The notes beneath the pieces are model-generated. The model worked only from the letters and a program-made list of their open reading frames with translations, did not search any database and was not told the origin of the DNA. A stretch of DNA of 23,064 nucleotides from an archaeon (GTDB lineage Archaea; Iainarchaeota; Iainarchaeia; Iainarchaeales; Iainarchaeaceae). Position 1 is the stretch's first letter. The number at the start of each line of letters is the position of its first letter. Position numbers and translations under genes: made by a program. Shown one piece after another: positions 8,631 to 17,300 of the stretch. The stretch lies in contig JBBSVV010000032.1 in NCBI GenBank assembly GCA_038046625.1, forward strand, positions 1 to 23,064, written 5' to 3'.

Positions 8631-9164
8631 TCACAATTCAAATCTTCCGCCGGAACCGCGTCTCTTCAGCACGTCATAAACGTGCGTGTGGGAGGCGCCC
8701 TTCAAAAGCATTTCAACCGCCCTCAGGGCCTTTGAAATTTCTTCCTCCGTGCCGATTATTGAAATTGTTTTCCCGTAAACCGAAATCAGTGCTCCCGTGT
8801 CCTGCTCAATTTCATTCCTTGCTTTTCCCCTTGTCCCTATTACGCGGCCTTTTTTTGCCTTCATTGTGCCCTCGCTTTTTCCGAAGAATTCCCGCAAATC
8901 AATTATTTGGAGCATCACGTCATCCTGGGAAAGCCTTGATGCGTGCTGCGGCGAGAATCCCCGCGCGATTGCCTTGACAATGCTCATTGCCTTCAGGTAC
9001 TTCAATGGGTTTCCTTTCTGGATTACTTCAACTTCCCCCTCACGGCTGTCAACGACCAGTTTGGTTTCCGTGAGCCTCTCTATTTTGCGTTTTGTCGCGC
9101 CTTTTTTTCCAATCAGGGCGCCAACCCTGTCGTGCGGCATCAGGAGAAATTCCGAAGAATCCAT
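8631..9164 (-). CDS. KH-domain pre-rRNA processing protein (Dim2/Pno1-like)
   Basis: Two KH GxxG motifs (LIGKKG, VIGTRG), AIARGFS, GASHTHVY; conserved position next to RIO1. Confidence 0.9.
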   Translation of the reverse strand: MDSSEFLLMPHDRVGALIGKKGATKRKIERLTETKLVVDSREGEVEVIQKGNPLKYLKAMSIVKAIARGFSPQHASRLSQDDVMLQIIDLREFFGKSEGTMKAKKGRVIGTRGKARNEIEQDTGALISVYGKTISIIGTEEEISKALRAVEMLLKGASHTHVYDVLKRRGSGGRFEL

Positions 9165-9197
9165 TCAAACTTAATATACTATATATATTATATATTT

Positions 9198-9995
9198 TTA
9201 TATTCGTCCCCGTTTTTTCTCCAGTTCTTCCTTCCTTGCCTTAACAGCCGCGTACATGCCCTCAAAGCCCGTTTCCAGCCCGTTTTTCGAGAAATAAGAG
9301 GCCATGTTGGTTACATCCCTTTCGAAGAATTCCCTCGCCTTTGGGTGCGTAACGAGAACGGCCTGTGCCATGTCAATGAAAACCAGTTCCTTGTTCCGCA
9401 CCAGAATGTTGTATTCCGACAAATCCGCGTGAATGAGATTCTCGAGGTAAAGCCGCGCAATGAAATCAATTGTCTGCCCGTAATAATTTTTGAGCTCTTT
9501 TTGCGTCGGTTTTGTTTCCCTGAGCTTCGGCGCAGCCTCGTTATTCTCGCCTATGAATTCCATTACGAGCACGTTTTCCATTGAGCCGAGCGGCAGCGGC
9601 GCGCTTAAATGCGCATTCGCGGCAACGGAGAGGTTCTTGAATTCTTTTTTCGCCCATGCAAAAACGAGCTGCCTCCTTTCCTTTTTCAGGTTCTTGAAGC
9701 GTTCATCGCCCTCAATGTACTCGTTCATGCGCTTGAAGTCTGTTGTGAGTGTTTTGTAGATTTTCACTGCGCGCCTGTTGTTGCCCTTGTCCAGCGCAAC
9801 AAAAACGTGCGCCTCTTTTCCAGTGCTTATGATGTGCTCTACAAAATTGAAAAGTTCCTTTGTCGAGAGTGTGTGCAGCGCCTTGAGCGTGCGCTTGTCG
9901 AAAACCTTTTCGAATATTTTCCTGTCGGACTCGTTTTTGAATGTCCTCTCGATTTTCTCGAACTCGAAGCCGTCTTCGGAAAATTCTTCTTGCAT
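9198..9995 (-). CDS. rio1: RIO1 serine kinase
   Basis: STGKEAHVF, AVKIY, WAKKEFKNL, HADLSEYNIL, IDMAQAV; start at ATG 9995. Confidence 0.93.
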   Translation of the reverse strand: MQEEFSEDGFEFEKIERTFKNESDRKIFEKVFDKRTLKALHTLSTKELFNFVEHIISTGKEAHVFVALDKGNNRRAVKIYKTLTTDFKRMNEYIEGDERFKNLKKERRQLVFAWAKKEFKNLSVAANAHLSAPLPLGSMENVLVMEFIGENNEAAPKLRETKPTQKELKNYYGQTIDFIARLYLENLIHADLSEYNILVRNKELVFIDMAQAVLVTHPKAREFFERDVTNMASYFSKNGLETGFEGMYAAVKARKEELEKKRGRI

Positions 9996-10049
9996 AAGAA
10001 TTATGGCAAACCGCGAAAGTTTTTTTGGCTTTTTCCGGCGGTTTGCCAG

Positions 10050-10094
10050 ATAGCAGACCATAAATTTCGCCGAATTATTTTATTGGCCTGCCAT
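10050..10094. repeat. ~45-bp palindromic repeat, copy 1
   Basis: ATAGCAGACCA...TGGCCTGCCAT; reverse complement nearly identical to 12429-12474. Confidence 0.8.
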
Positions 10095-10126
10095 AGCCTT
10101 TGCCCAAACGCGGGAAAAAATTTTTT

Positions 10127-10459
10127 TCAGATGTTGAGCTTGTCCAAAAACCCTTTTCTCTTGAGGTGCTCCATCTGGAAGCCCAAATATCTCCACACTA
10201 TGTCGGCTTTTGACGGCTGAAAATCCCATATCCTGACTATGACCAGGTCATTGTCGCGTATCCACGCGCGTTTCCTCATTTTTCCCGTGATGCGGCAGCT
10301 CCTTTCTAATCCGTCTTCGCACTGCACCTTTATCTGGCTCGCGCCCTGTCTTTGCGTCACAACGCCGAACATTTCGAATTCGTTTCGGTGAGGCAGCCTC
10401 ACCTTTGACATCTGTTCCTGCTGCAGTGCGGCCTTTTCTTCGTCGTCTTTTCTGCCCAA
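10127..10459 (-). CDS. eif1a: Translation initiation factor aIF-1A
   Basis: VRLP, CEDGLERSCRITGKMRKRAWI, WDFQPSKADIVWRY; TTG start. Confidence 0.93.
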   Translation of the reverse strand: MGRKDDEEKAALQQEQMSKVRLPHRNEFEMFGVVTQRQGASQIKVQCEDGLERSCRITGKMRKRAWIRDNDLVIVRIWDFQPSKADIVWRYLGFQMEHLKRKGFLDKLNI

Positions 10460-10463
10460 TTTC

Positions 10464-10754
10464 TCAGACCTTCAGTATTATTGCGTGCAGAACCCCTGCA
10501 ATCTTAATAATGTCGCGTTCACTTAAAAAACCTTGTTTAAGCGCGACTCCTACTGCCTTGCTTCCGAAGAGGTTTATGTTGTTGGCCTGCTTCAAAAGTT
10601 TCGCAAGTTTTTTTTCGCTTGTGAGTTTTCCCTTGTAGAATGATTCTTTTATTGTGACGTCGTAGTTTCCTTCCTTAAGGTTTTTGCCAAGAAGTTCTTT
10701 GTCGCAGCACGCGACAACAAAATTGCCCTGCGTGCTGTATGTGTCGCAATACAA
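10464..10754 (-). CDS. DUF424 family protein
   Basis: VVACCDKELLGK, SFYKG, INLFGSKAV; probable TTG start at 10754 (or 10757). The ORF-track extension runs through element B. Confidence 0.85.
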   Translation of the reverse strand: MYCDTYSTQGNFVVACCDKELLGKNLKEGNYDVTIKESFYKGKLTSEKKLAKLLKQANNINLFGSKAVGVALKQGFLSERDIIKIAGVLHAIILKV

Positions 10755-10757
10755 CAA

Positions 10758-10917
10758 CCCTTTCGCCGGTTCGCCCTGTCGGGTGCAAGGGGAGCGAGTA
10801 CTATCTTCGCTTTTGGGCTCGATAGTAAGATCTGCACTGCCGGAGGTGTGCGCCCACCCCGCCGCGGGCTTGCGGCGTGCGACTATCATCTTCGCTCTTC
10901 GGGCTATCGCTGATAAG
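10758..10917 (+). ncRNA. Structured intergenic element B (unknown family)
   Basis: Contains module M1 (shared with C), M2+M3 (shared with A) and a second M2-like unit (10879-10917). Confidence 0.62.
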
Positions 10918-10946
10918 TGTTTTGAGTAGCCTATTTTGCCCAGCCC

Positions 10947-11351
10947 CTATATTTTCCTGATTGCGCTGATTGCGCCGCACGCCGTGCATTTCAATACCTT
11001 GACTCCGTTCCTTTCAATGATTTGCGTGTCCGGCTTGTGGCACTCGTGGCACAGCACGTATTCCTTCAGATAATTTTCGAAGAGCTTGCTGATTTGGAGC
11101 TGGGGGAATTTTCCGTTCAAAGTGAGTTTTCCCTCGTCCATAATCATTGCGGTCGCGATTTCCTTGGTCAGGAATTTGTAGAAATGCTTGTCTTCTCTCT
11201 GCACAGTTTTCACAGCCTGCGAAAAGTTCCTGATTATTGTCTTGGTTCCCTGTATCTGAACCTCGAGCACAGGCAGTTCAAACCTTTCCTTTGAAACTGT
11301 TTTCTCGGGCAACGAGGAATAAAGGCGCTGGAGCATGTTATCGTAATCCAT
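10947..11351 (-). CDS. eif2b: Translation initiation factor aIF-2 beta
   Basis: MDYDNMLQRLY, ERFELP, KTIIRNF, zinc finger CHECHKPDT...CTACGA. Confidence 0.95.
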   Translation of the reverse strand: MDYDNMLQRLYSSLPEKTVSKERFELPVLEVQIQGTKTIIRNFSQAVKTVQREDKHFYKFLTKEIATAMIMDEGKLTLNGKFPQLQISKLFENYLKEYVLCHECHKPDTQIIERNGVKVLKCTACGAISAIRKI

Positions 11352-11445
11352 ACTAAACCTTGCGCTGTTAAAGGCTTTTAAAGGTTCTTTCCCATTTTTG
11401 TGCCGCAGGATAATGATTAAATACTCCGCATTTTAATATTCTGTC

Positions 11446-11724
11446 ATGCCGCAAAAACGCTCCGAAATCCATCACGGTCTCCCGAAATTCACTTTGTTCG
11501 GCAGGCTTTTCGAGCCGGCAAAGAAGAGGCCGGAAGTTTACCTTATCGAGGGGACAAGGAAATTCCTGAAAGACAAGAACCCGCAGACCGCAAAGGCTTT
11601 CCTGGAGAGGCTGGCTCTCCTTGAAAAGCAAAAGGCTATCAAGCTCAGCGATGGTGAGCGCCACATCGTGAGTGACCTGAAGCTCAGGTGTGACCAGATG
11701 CTCCCGCGCTCAAAGGGCAAATGA
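11446..11724 (+). CDS. Hypothetical basic protein
   Basis: 92-aa ORF with TTAAATA box ~22 nt upstream; no recognisable motif. Confidence 0.6.
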   Translation: MPQKRSEIHHGLPKFTLFGRLFEPAKKRPEVYLIEGTRKFLKDKNPQTAKAFLERLALLEKQKAIKLSDGERHIVSDLKLRCDQMLPRSKGK

Positions 11725-11814
11725 AACCCCCTTGTTGTGCCAACCAGCCTGCAATGCATCCGCTTCCTTGCTGTTTTATTAACCAGTTATTCCCTTTTTT
11801 ATGTCGGTTTTCTG

Positions 11815-12432
11815 ATGGCCCGAGATTTGCGCCACTACAAGGATTACATGGATCAGCAGCCCGTGAACTGGGGGTTCCTGCGCATTGTCCTTGCTATAAT
11901 AATTTTTTTTGTTATTGCGTACTTCATTTCGCAGAACTCGTCAATCATTGCTTATCTCGCAAGTGGTTACGGCCTTTTTGGTTTGTTTGTGGCCGCAATC
12001 ATTGCGAACGCAACGGTTTTTTTCCCTCTCCTGATTGAGCCAATAGTTTTTCTCATAGCCTCTTCCCAACAAAGCCTTGTCTACGCGCTTCTTGTGGGCA
12101 TTGTGATGGGCGCAGGAGCCGCAATAGGCGAAATGACGTCCTATCTTCTCGGTTTGCTGGGAATCGAAGCCATAAAGAAAAAGGGTATTTTCGAGCTCGA
12201 AAAAATCGCGTTCATCCGCGAAAAAATCGAGGACAAGGGCATGGTTTTCATTTACCTTGTTTCGATTATTCCCTTCCCGTTCGACATCATTGGCATAACC
12301 GCGGGCCTCATAAAATACGATTTCAGGAAATTTTTTGTTGCCGCGCTTCTGGGCAAATCTACTAGGTATTTGATAATTGCGCTCGCGGGTTTTTACGGCA
12401 TCGGGATAATAAAATCAATTTTCAACATATAG
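11815..12432 (+). CDS. DedA/VTT-domain (YqaA/TVP38-like) membrane protein
   Basis: Several TM helices, GAAIGEMTSYLLG, IIPFPFDIIGITAG, GKSTRY; probable start ATG 11815. Confidence 0.85.
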   Translation: MARDLRHYKDYMDQQPVNWGFLRIVLAIIIFFVIAYFISQNSSIIAYLASGYGLFGLFVAAIIANATVFFPLLIEPIVFLIASSQQSLVYALLVGIVMGAGAAIGEMTSYLLGLLGIEAIKKKGIFELEKIAFIREKIEDKGMVFIYLVSIIPFPFDIIGITAGLIKYDFRKFFVAALLGKSTRYLIIALAGFYGIGIIKSIFNI

Positions 12433-12519
12433 CAGGCCAATAAAATAATTCGGTGAAGTCTCATGGTCTGCTATCCAGCAGACCCCCATAAATGCCGAAA
12501 AACTTTCATGGTCTGCTAT
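12429..12519. repeat. Two tandem copies of the ~45-bp palindromic repeat between convergent genes
   Basis: ATAGCAGGCCA...TGGTCTGCTAT (12429-12474) and AGCAGACC...TGGTCTGCTAT (12477-12519). Confidence 0.8.
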
Positions 12520-12543
12520 AGCCTGAAAAAATAATTCCGTGTT

Positions 12544-13374
12544 TCAATAGCCTGCTATTTTCGTTATTCCCCACACAATGAGCATCAGAATGACCTGGAA
12601 CGGCAGTGCGGGGAGCGCCCTTCCAGATTTTTTGGAGGCAAAGTCTATGGTGAAAATCAGGCCGATAAGGGAAACAAAGAGCACCAATGCGGGTGAAACG
12701 AAAAAGTAAGGGTATGCAAGCGCGGTTTTCGCCTCGCCGAGAACGCTTACAGCGAACGCGAGCGGAATAATCATGTCGCCGGTTCCAAGTTCAAACTGGT
12801 GCCCTTTTGTGGGCATAGCGTAAGTGAATGAAAGGTTCTTTTTGGTGATTCCTTTTGCCAGGGTAACCATGTGCTTTGTCTTGAACACCGCGATGAAGTC
12901 GTATGCGGAAAGCAGCACCACGAAAACGAGCACGGGCATTACTCCGAGGCTCGCACCTATGAGAGATCCGGCTCCTGCCGCGGCGATGATGCTTGTGATG
13001 TTTCTCAGGATAAGGTTTTTGGAGAAAATTATTCTGAGCGCAACAAGGATCAGCGCGGTTCCGAATATTATTTCATCAGTTGAAATGAACGGCATCAGCA
13101 CTATTATTGCGGTTCCGAATATCGCCATTATTTCAACACCTTTTATGAGAATTGAGAACAGCCAGTCCGGCGCGAATTTTATGAGCACGAGCAAAAATGC
13201 GGTGAAAATAATTATCCACACGAACAGGCCAATGCTGTTGGCGACATCATTCGGGTCATCATTCAAGAGTGTAGTGTGTATGCCCTGATTTATGAGGAAA
13301 TCCCCCACAAGAAGGCCAAGCACCTGCGTGAGCAGGAACAAAAGAACGAGCTGTGCAATGAGGCGCATGTTCAT
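12544..13374 (-). CDS. Presenilin/signal-peptide-peptidase family intramembrane aspartyl protease
   Basis: Multi-TM protein with YD (LSAYDFIAVF), GxGD (LGTGD) and PAL (LPALP) motifs. Confidence 0.92.
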   Translation of the reverse strand: MNMRLIAQLVLLFLLTQVLGLLVGDFLINQGIHTTLLNDDPNDVANSIGLFVWIIIFTAFLLVLIKFAPDWLFSILIKGVEIMAIFGTAIIVLMPFISTDEIIFGTALILVALRIIFSKNLILRNITSIIAAAGAGSLIGASLGVMPVLVFVVLLSAYDFIAVFKTKHMVTLAKGITKKNLSFTYAMPTKGHQFELGTGDMIIPLAFAVSVLGEAKTALAYPYFFVSPALVLFVSLIGLIFTIDFASKKSGRALPALPFQVILMLIVWGITKIAGY

Positions 13375-13406
13375 GGAAACAATTTACGGTTTGCGCTTAT
13401 TTAATC

Positions 13407-14069
13407 CTATTCGAACAGTCTTCTCCCGATGCGGAGAACAGTGGCTCCTTCCTCTATCGCGATTTTGTAGTCGTTGCTCATTCCCATTGAGAGGTGGTGC
13501 AGGTTCAGGTGCTCCTTGATGTCGAAAAGGGTTTTGAAGCAGTTCCTTATTGTTTCCTCGTTTTCCGTGAGCGGCGCCATTGTCATGAGGCCCATGAATT
13601 TCACGTTCCCGTAAGGCAGGTTCTTCATCGTAGTTAAAAGTGATTCAACCTCGTGAGGCGGCATCCCGAATTTCTGTTTTTCCCCGGAAGTGTTCACCTG
13701 CAGGAAGATGTTCTGCACCTTATCCATGTCCAAAGCTGCGTAATGTATTTTCCTGAGCAAATTCAGCGAGTCAACGCTTTGTATGTAGTCCGCCATTTCA
13801 ACGACCGGTTTCACTTTGTTGCTCTGCAGGTGCCCGATGAAGTGTATTTCCGTTTTGAGTTCCTTGAGGTCTGGGTATTTTTCCTCGAGTTCCTGCGCCT
13901 TGCTCTCGCCGATGTCTTCAATGCCGAGAGAAACGATTTCCCTTATTTTCGTCACGGGCTCGTTTTTAGTGACCGCCACGAGAGTTATTTCTTTCGGGTT
14001 GCGCCTCACGCGTGCACAGGTTTGGGCTATTTCTTTTTTCACTGATTCGTAGTTGGACTTGATGCTCAT
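13407..14069 (-). CDS. yggS: YggS/PROSC PLP-binding protein
   Basis: LVAVTK, HFIGHLQSNKVK, QSVDS, GLMTM, LSMGMSND, EEGATVLRIG; start ATG 14069. Confidence 0.93.
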   Translation of the reverse strand: MSIKSNYESVKKEIAQTCARVRRNPKEITLVAVTKNEPVTKIREIVSLGIEDIGESKAQELEEKYPDLKELKTEIHFIGHLQSNKVKPVVEMADYIQSVDSLNLLRKIHYAALDMDKVQNIFLQVNTSGEKQKFGMPPHEVESLLTTMKNLPYGNVKFMGLMTMAPLTENEETIRNCFKTLFDIKEHLNLHHLSMGMSNDYKIAIEEGATVLRIGRRLFE

Positions 14070-14123
14070 GCACAAATTAGGTTTGGGAAAAGTTTTAATT
14101 ACCGCTTTTTGTGTTAAACGCAA

Positions 14124-14324
14124 TTACAGTTTCCTTATTCCGTCGCACATGGGGAATGCCACACATCCCCAGAATTTGCCGTATTTTCCTTCGCGGATTT
14201 TCATTTCTATTCCGCAGTTGGGGCACTTCGGCGCCGAGAACTTTGTTTTGAGGTGCTGTGAGCAGACCGGAATTCCCTTGGAATTGATTTTGGTTGCGGT
14301 GTTCCCGCACTGCGCGCATTTCAT
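14124..14324 (-). CDS. Small zinc-ribbon protein (topoisomerase C4 zinc-finger type)
   Basis: CAQC...CSQH, then CPNCG-x-M-x-IREGKYGKFWGCVAFPMC. Confidence 0.8.
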   Translation of the reverse strand: MKCAQCGNTATKINSKGIPVCSQHLKTKFSAPKCPNCGIEMKIREGKYGKFWGCVAFPMCDGIRKL

Positions 14325-14357
14325 TCGAGACCGTACTTCAGGAATTCCGAAACGTAT

Positions 14358-17300
14358 TTATTTTGAATCCTGTGGTTTGTAAAACCCGTTCTTTGGGGAG
14401 TAAATGTCACCGGCCTTATGCAATTTTTCAAGCAAATCGCGGGCCTTGTCCTTTTCTATTCCGAGCGTTTTTGCCTCGCCGATTATTTCCTCGATGGAAA
14501 TCATGTCGACTTCCTTTGCCTTCTCCCTGATTAATCCCAAAATTTTCTTGAGGTTTGAGAGCGTTGTGTGCGTTTGGCCGGAAGTAATGATGTCGATGTC
14601 GATTTTTCCGGTTTCGGGGTCGGTGACAAGGTCCTGCAGCGATGTTTTTACCAGCCTTATCGCCCTTTCAACGTCGTTCCTTTCAACCGCGTCGCTGAGC
14701 CTTACGCGCGCGCTCGCTTCGGACAATCTTATTATTCCCTCCAATTGTCGATGCGTTGCCGCATATGCGCCCTCCTTTCTTCCCTGGTCGCGCAATGCAA
14801 TGTAAAAATCTGATATTTCCTTCATTGACTCGTCCGTCATTATGGGGAATATTTTTTGGCGCGCGTATGAAATGAATTTTTTGAGGAGCTCTCCGCTGAT
14901 TTTCGGCGTGATTAATTCTTCGAGCTTTTCGAGCTCCACGCTTTTTTTTCCGCCGCCTTTCTTGAGCCTCTGCAGGTTCATTTCCCCGGCCCTGTGGCTC
15001 TTGATTATGTGGTCCGCAATCTCCTGGTCTTTTGTCCTGTCAAGGACATCCCGGATCATGAAGAACAGGTCGAACCTGCTTATGAGTGTTGCCGGCAAAT
15101 TGATTTGTTCTATGAATGGCTGGTAAGGGTCGAACCTTGAGTATTTGGGATTTGCGGCCGCAAGTACTGTTGTGTCGGCCTTGAATTTCGCTATGATTCC
15201 TGCTTTTGCCACGGAAACGGTATTGTGTAGCACGACACCTGCTGATATGAAGGTATGTGTCGGCTCTATTGTGACGTCATAAACCCATTTTGAGTCCTTG
15301 TTCTCTATTTTTTTGATTTCGGTAATTTCAAGGAACTTGATCGGAGAGTCTATAAGTCCAGCTATAGATTGTACTTTTTTTCCAAGGGCAAAGATTTTTT
15401 CCCTGGCCATTTTTTCGGCTGTTTCAAGCAGTTCGCCGTGTTTGGATGAGCGGTTCCTTTCAATGTAAGTTATGGCGCTTGGCGAAAGCCCCATTCTTTG
15501 TGAAATGTCGTTCAGGCTGATATGAGATGCTTTCCTTATTTCTCGCGGGTCTTCGGAACCAAGTGCTTTTTCCGCAGAATCGAGTTTGTTTTGGGCTTTT
15601 GATAAGTATTTTAGCACCGTGTTTGCTTCCGCATTATGGTTTTTCTTTGCATGGCTGAAAAAATACCCGCCGCTTATCCCTATTTCCTTGAGTATTCCAT
15701 TGATTTGCCTCACTATTTGTGGCGGAAGCAGCCTTCTGGAGCTTTCCCTGTTCCCGCTCCTCAGGATAAATTTCCCTATTTTTTCTTTTCTCCTGTCTGT
15801 GGGCGATACAACTATTTGCCTGAATTTTTCCATGTTTTGGGTTCCTGAAACAACAACTTTGTGATAGGGGCCTCTTTGCTCCGTTGCAATGTACGAAAAT
15901 ACGCCAATCTGCAGCAGCATGTCCTGGTAATCGCAGGCGAGCCCGTAGGAAGCGGTAGCGTAACCGATTCTTTCGCTGTCCACAAAACCGTCTCCGCTGA
16001 ATGCCGCTTGGAGGAAATTTTTGATTGTTTCCAGCTCAGCCTGCTTGATCTTGTTTGGCGCCCTTTTCTGCCTCGCCTTTGCAAGTATTTCCGTAAAGTT
16101 TTTCTCAAAAAACCTGTAGAGGGGCTTTGAAGCCATTCTTATTGTTGTGAGGTCTTTGGTGGCTTTTTCCCTTCTCTCCGCCTTTGCTATGCTGGTGTTG
16201 AGCCTGCCATGGAAACTGCTAGTGAAAGCGCTTTCCATGTCGCGCAGTATTTCCGGGTCCGTGTTGCTCACGCCTATTTCGGCATACCTGTTTTCATGGC
16301 TTATGTATGAGTGCCCCTCGCTCGCCACGTAACCCAACAGCCTGCCCACGCTCGGATTCATTGAAGCCGGCAGTTCGAGTTGTTTCCTCGTCATTTCCAC
16401 ATTCGAATCTAATTGCACGGGCGCCTTTTTTGTTTCATAAATGCCCACTCCGGGTGCAACCACTCCGGGTTCGGCTTTTTCCGCGGCCACTTCCTCAAAG
16501 CCGTGTTCGCCAAAAATGTAAAGTGGGTGCTCGGGCGTGACAGTTATTTTTCTTCCGTTCGAATATGTCACTTCAATGAAGTGGCTTGGCGCAATGTGCC
16601 TGCTCACCCTGTCGGCCTTCACCGAAAACATTTCCTTGAAGTCCGTGCTCAGCACCTCAATATTTTCAACCGGCAGTATCTGGCAATCCTTGCCGTCAAT
16701 TATTTTGCCGCCGTTTTCCTCCATGAGCGTATCAACGAGTTCCCCTATTTTTTTTGTCGAGCCGTCCGCAAGCATTATTTCAAAATCCTTGTGGTAGGAT
16801 TGCTGCTCGAGCGCCTCGTGCATTGCGCTCCTGTCTTCCGGCTCCATTTTGTCGAATTCATCCACCATTACCATTCCGCCTGAAGCGAGAACAAGCGCGC
16901 CTGCTTTTAGTGTCCAGCCTCCTTCCCCGAATTCATCTTTCACGGCTGTTGCGGAAAGGCCTGCTCCTGAAGCCGATTTTCCCGCGACGTAAATCGATTT
17001 CGGCGCTATGGCATCAGTTGCCTTCAAAATCGCGCTTTTGGCCATTCCCGGATCTCCTACCAAGAGTATGTGTATGTTTCCCCTTACCTGCTGGGCGTTG
17101 GGCAAAAGTTTTTTCACTCCGCCGAACAATTGGAGCGCGATTGATTCCTTCATTATTTCGTGGCCGTAAATGTGCGGCGCAATGCTCTGTATGAGCTGTT
17201 CATAAACGTCATCGCGCTTCGCGAGCTTGATTATTTCTTCCTCCTCTTCCTTTGATATTTCGACTTCCTCGAATTCTTTTGCGGTTTCCTCGATGTGAAT

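Noticed and set aside
10758..10880. HDV-like, twister or c-di-GMP-I matches (GGCGAA, CAAGCCC, CCTCCGGC on minus)
   Set aside because: Only isolated words match; the required stems and order are absent.
10755..10889. N-terminal extension of DUF424
   Set aside because: Translates the non-coding element B; the family sequence begins near 10754.
12429..12540. CRISPR array
   Set aside because: Units are self-palindromic with similar interiors, have no unique spacers, and there are no cas genes.
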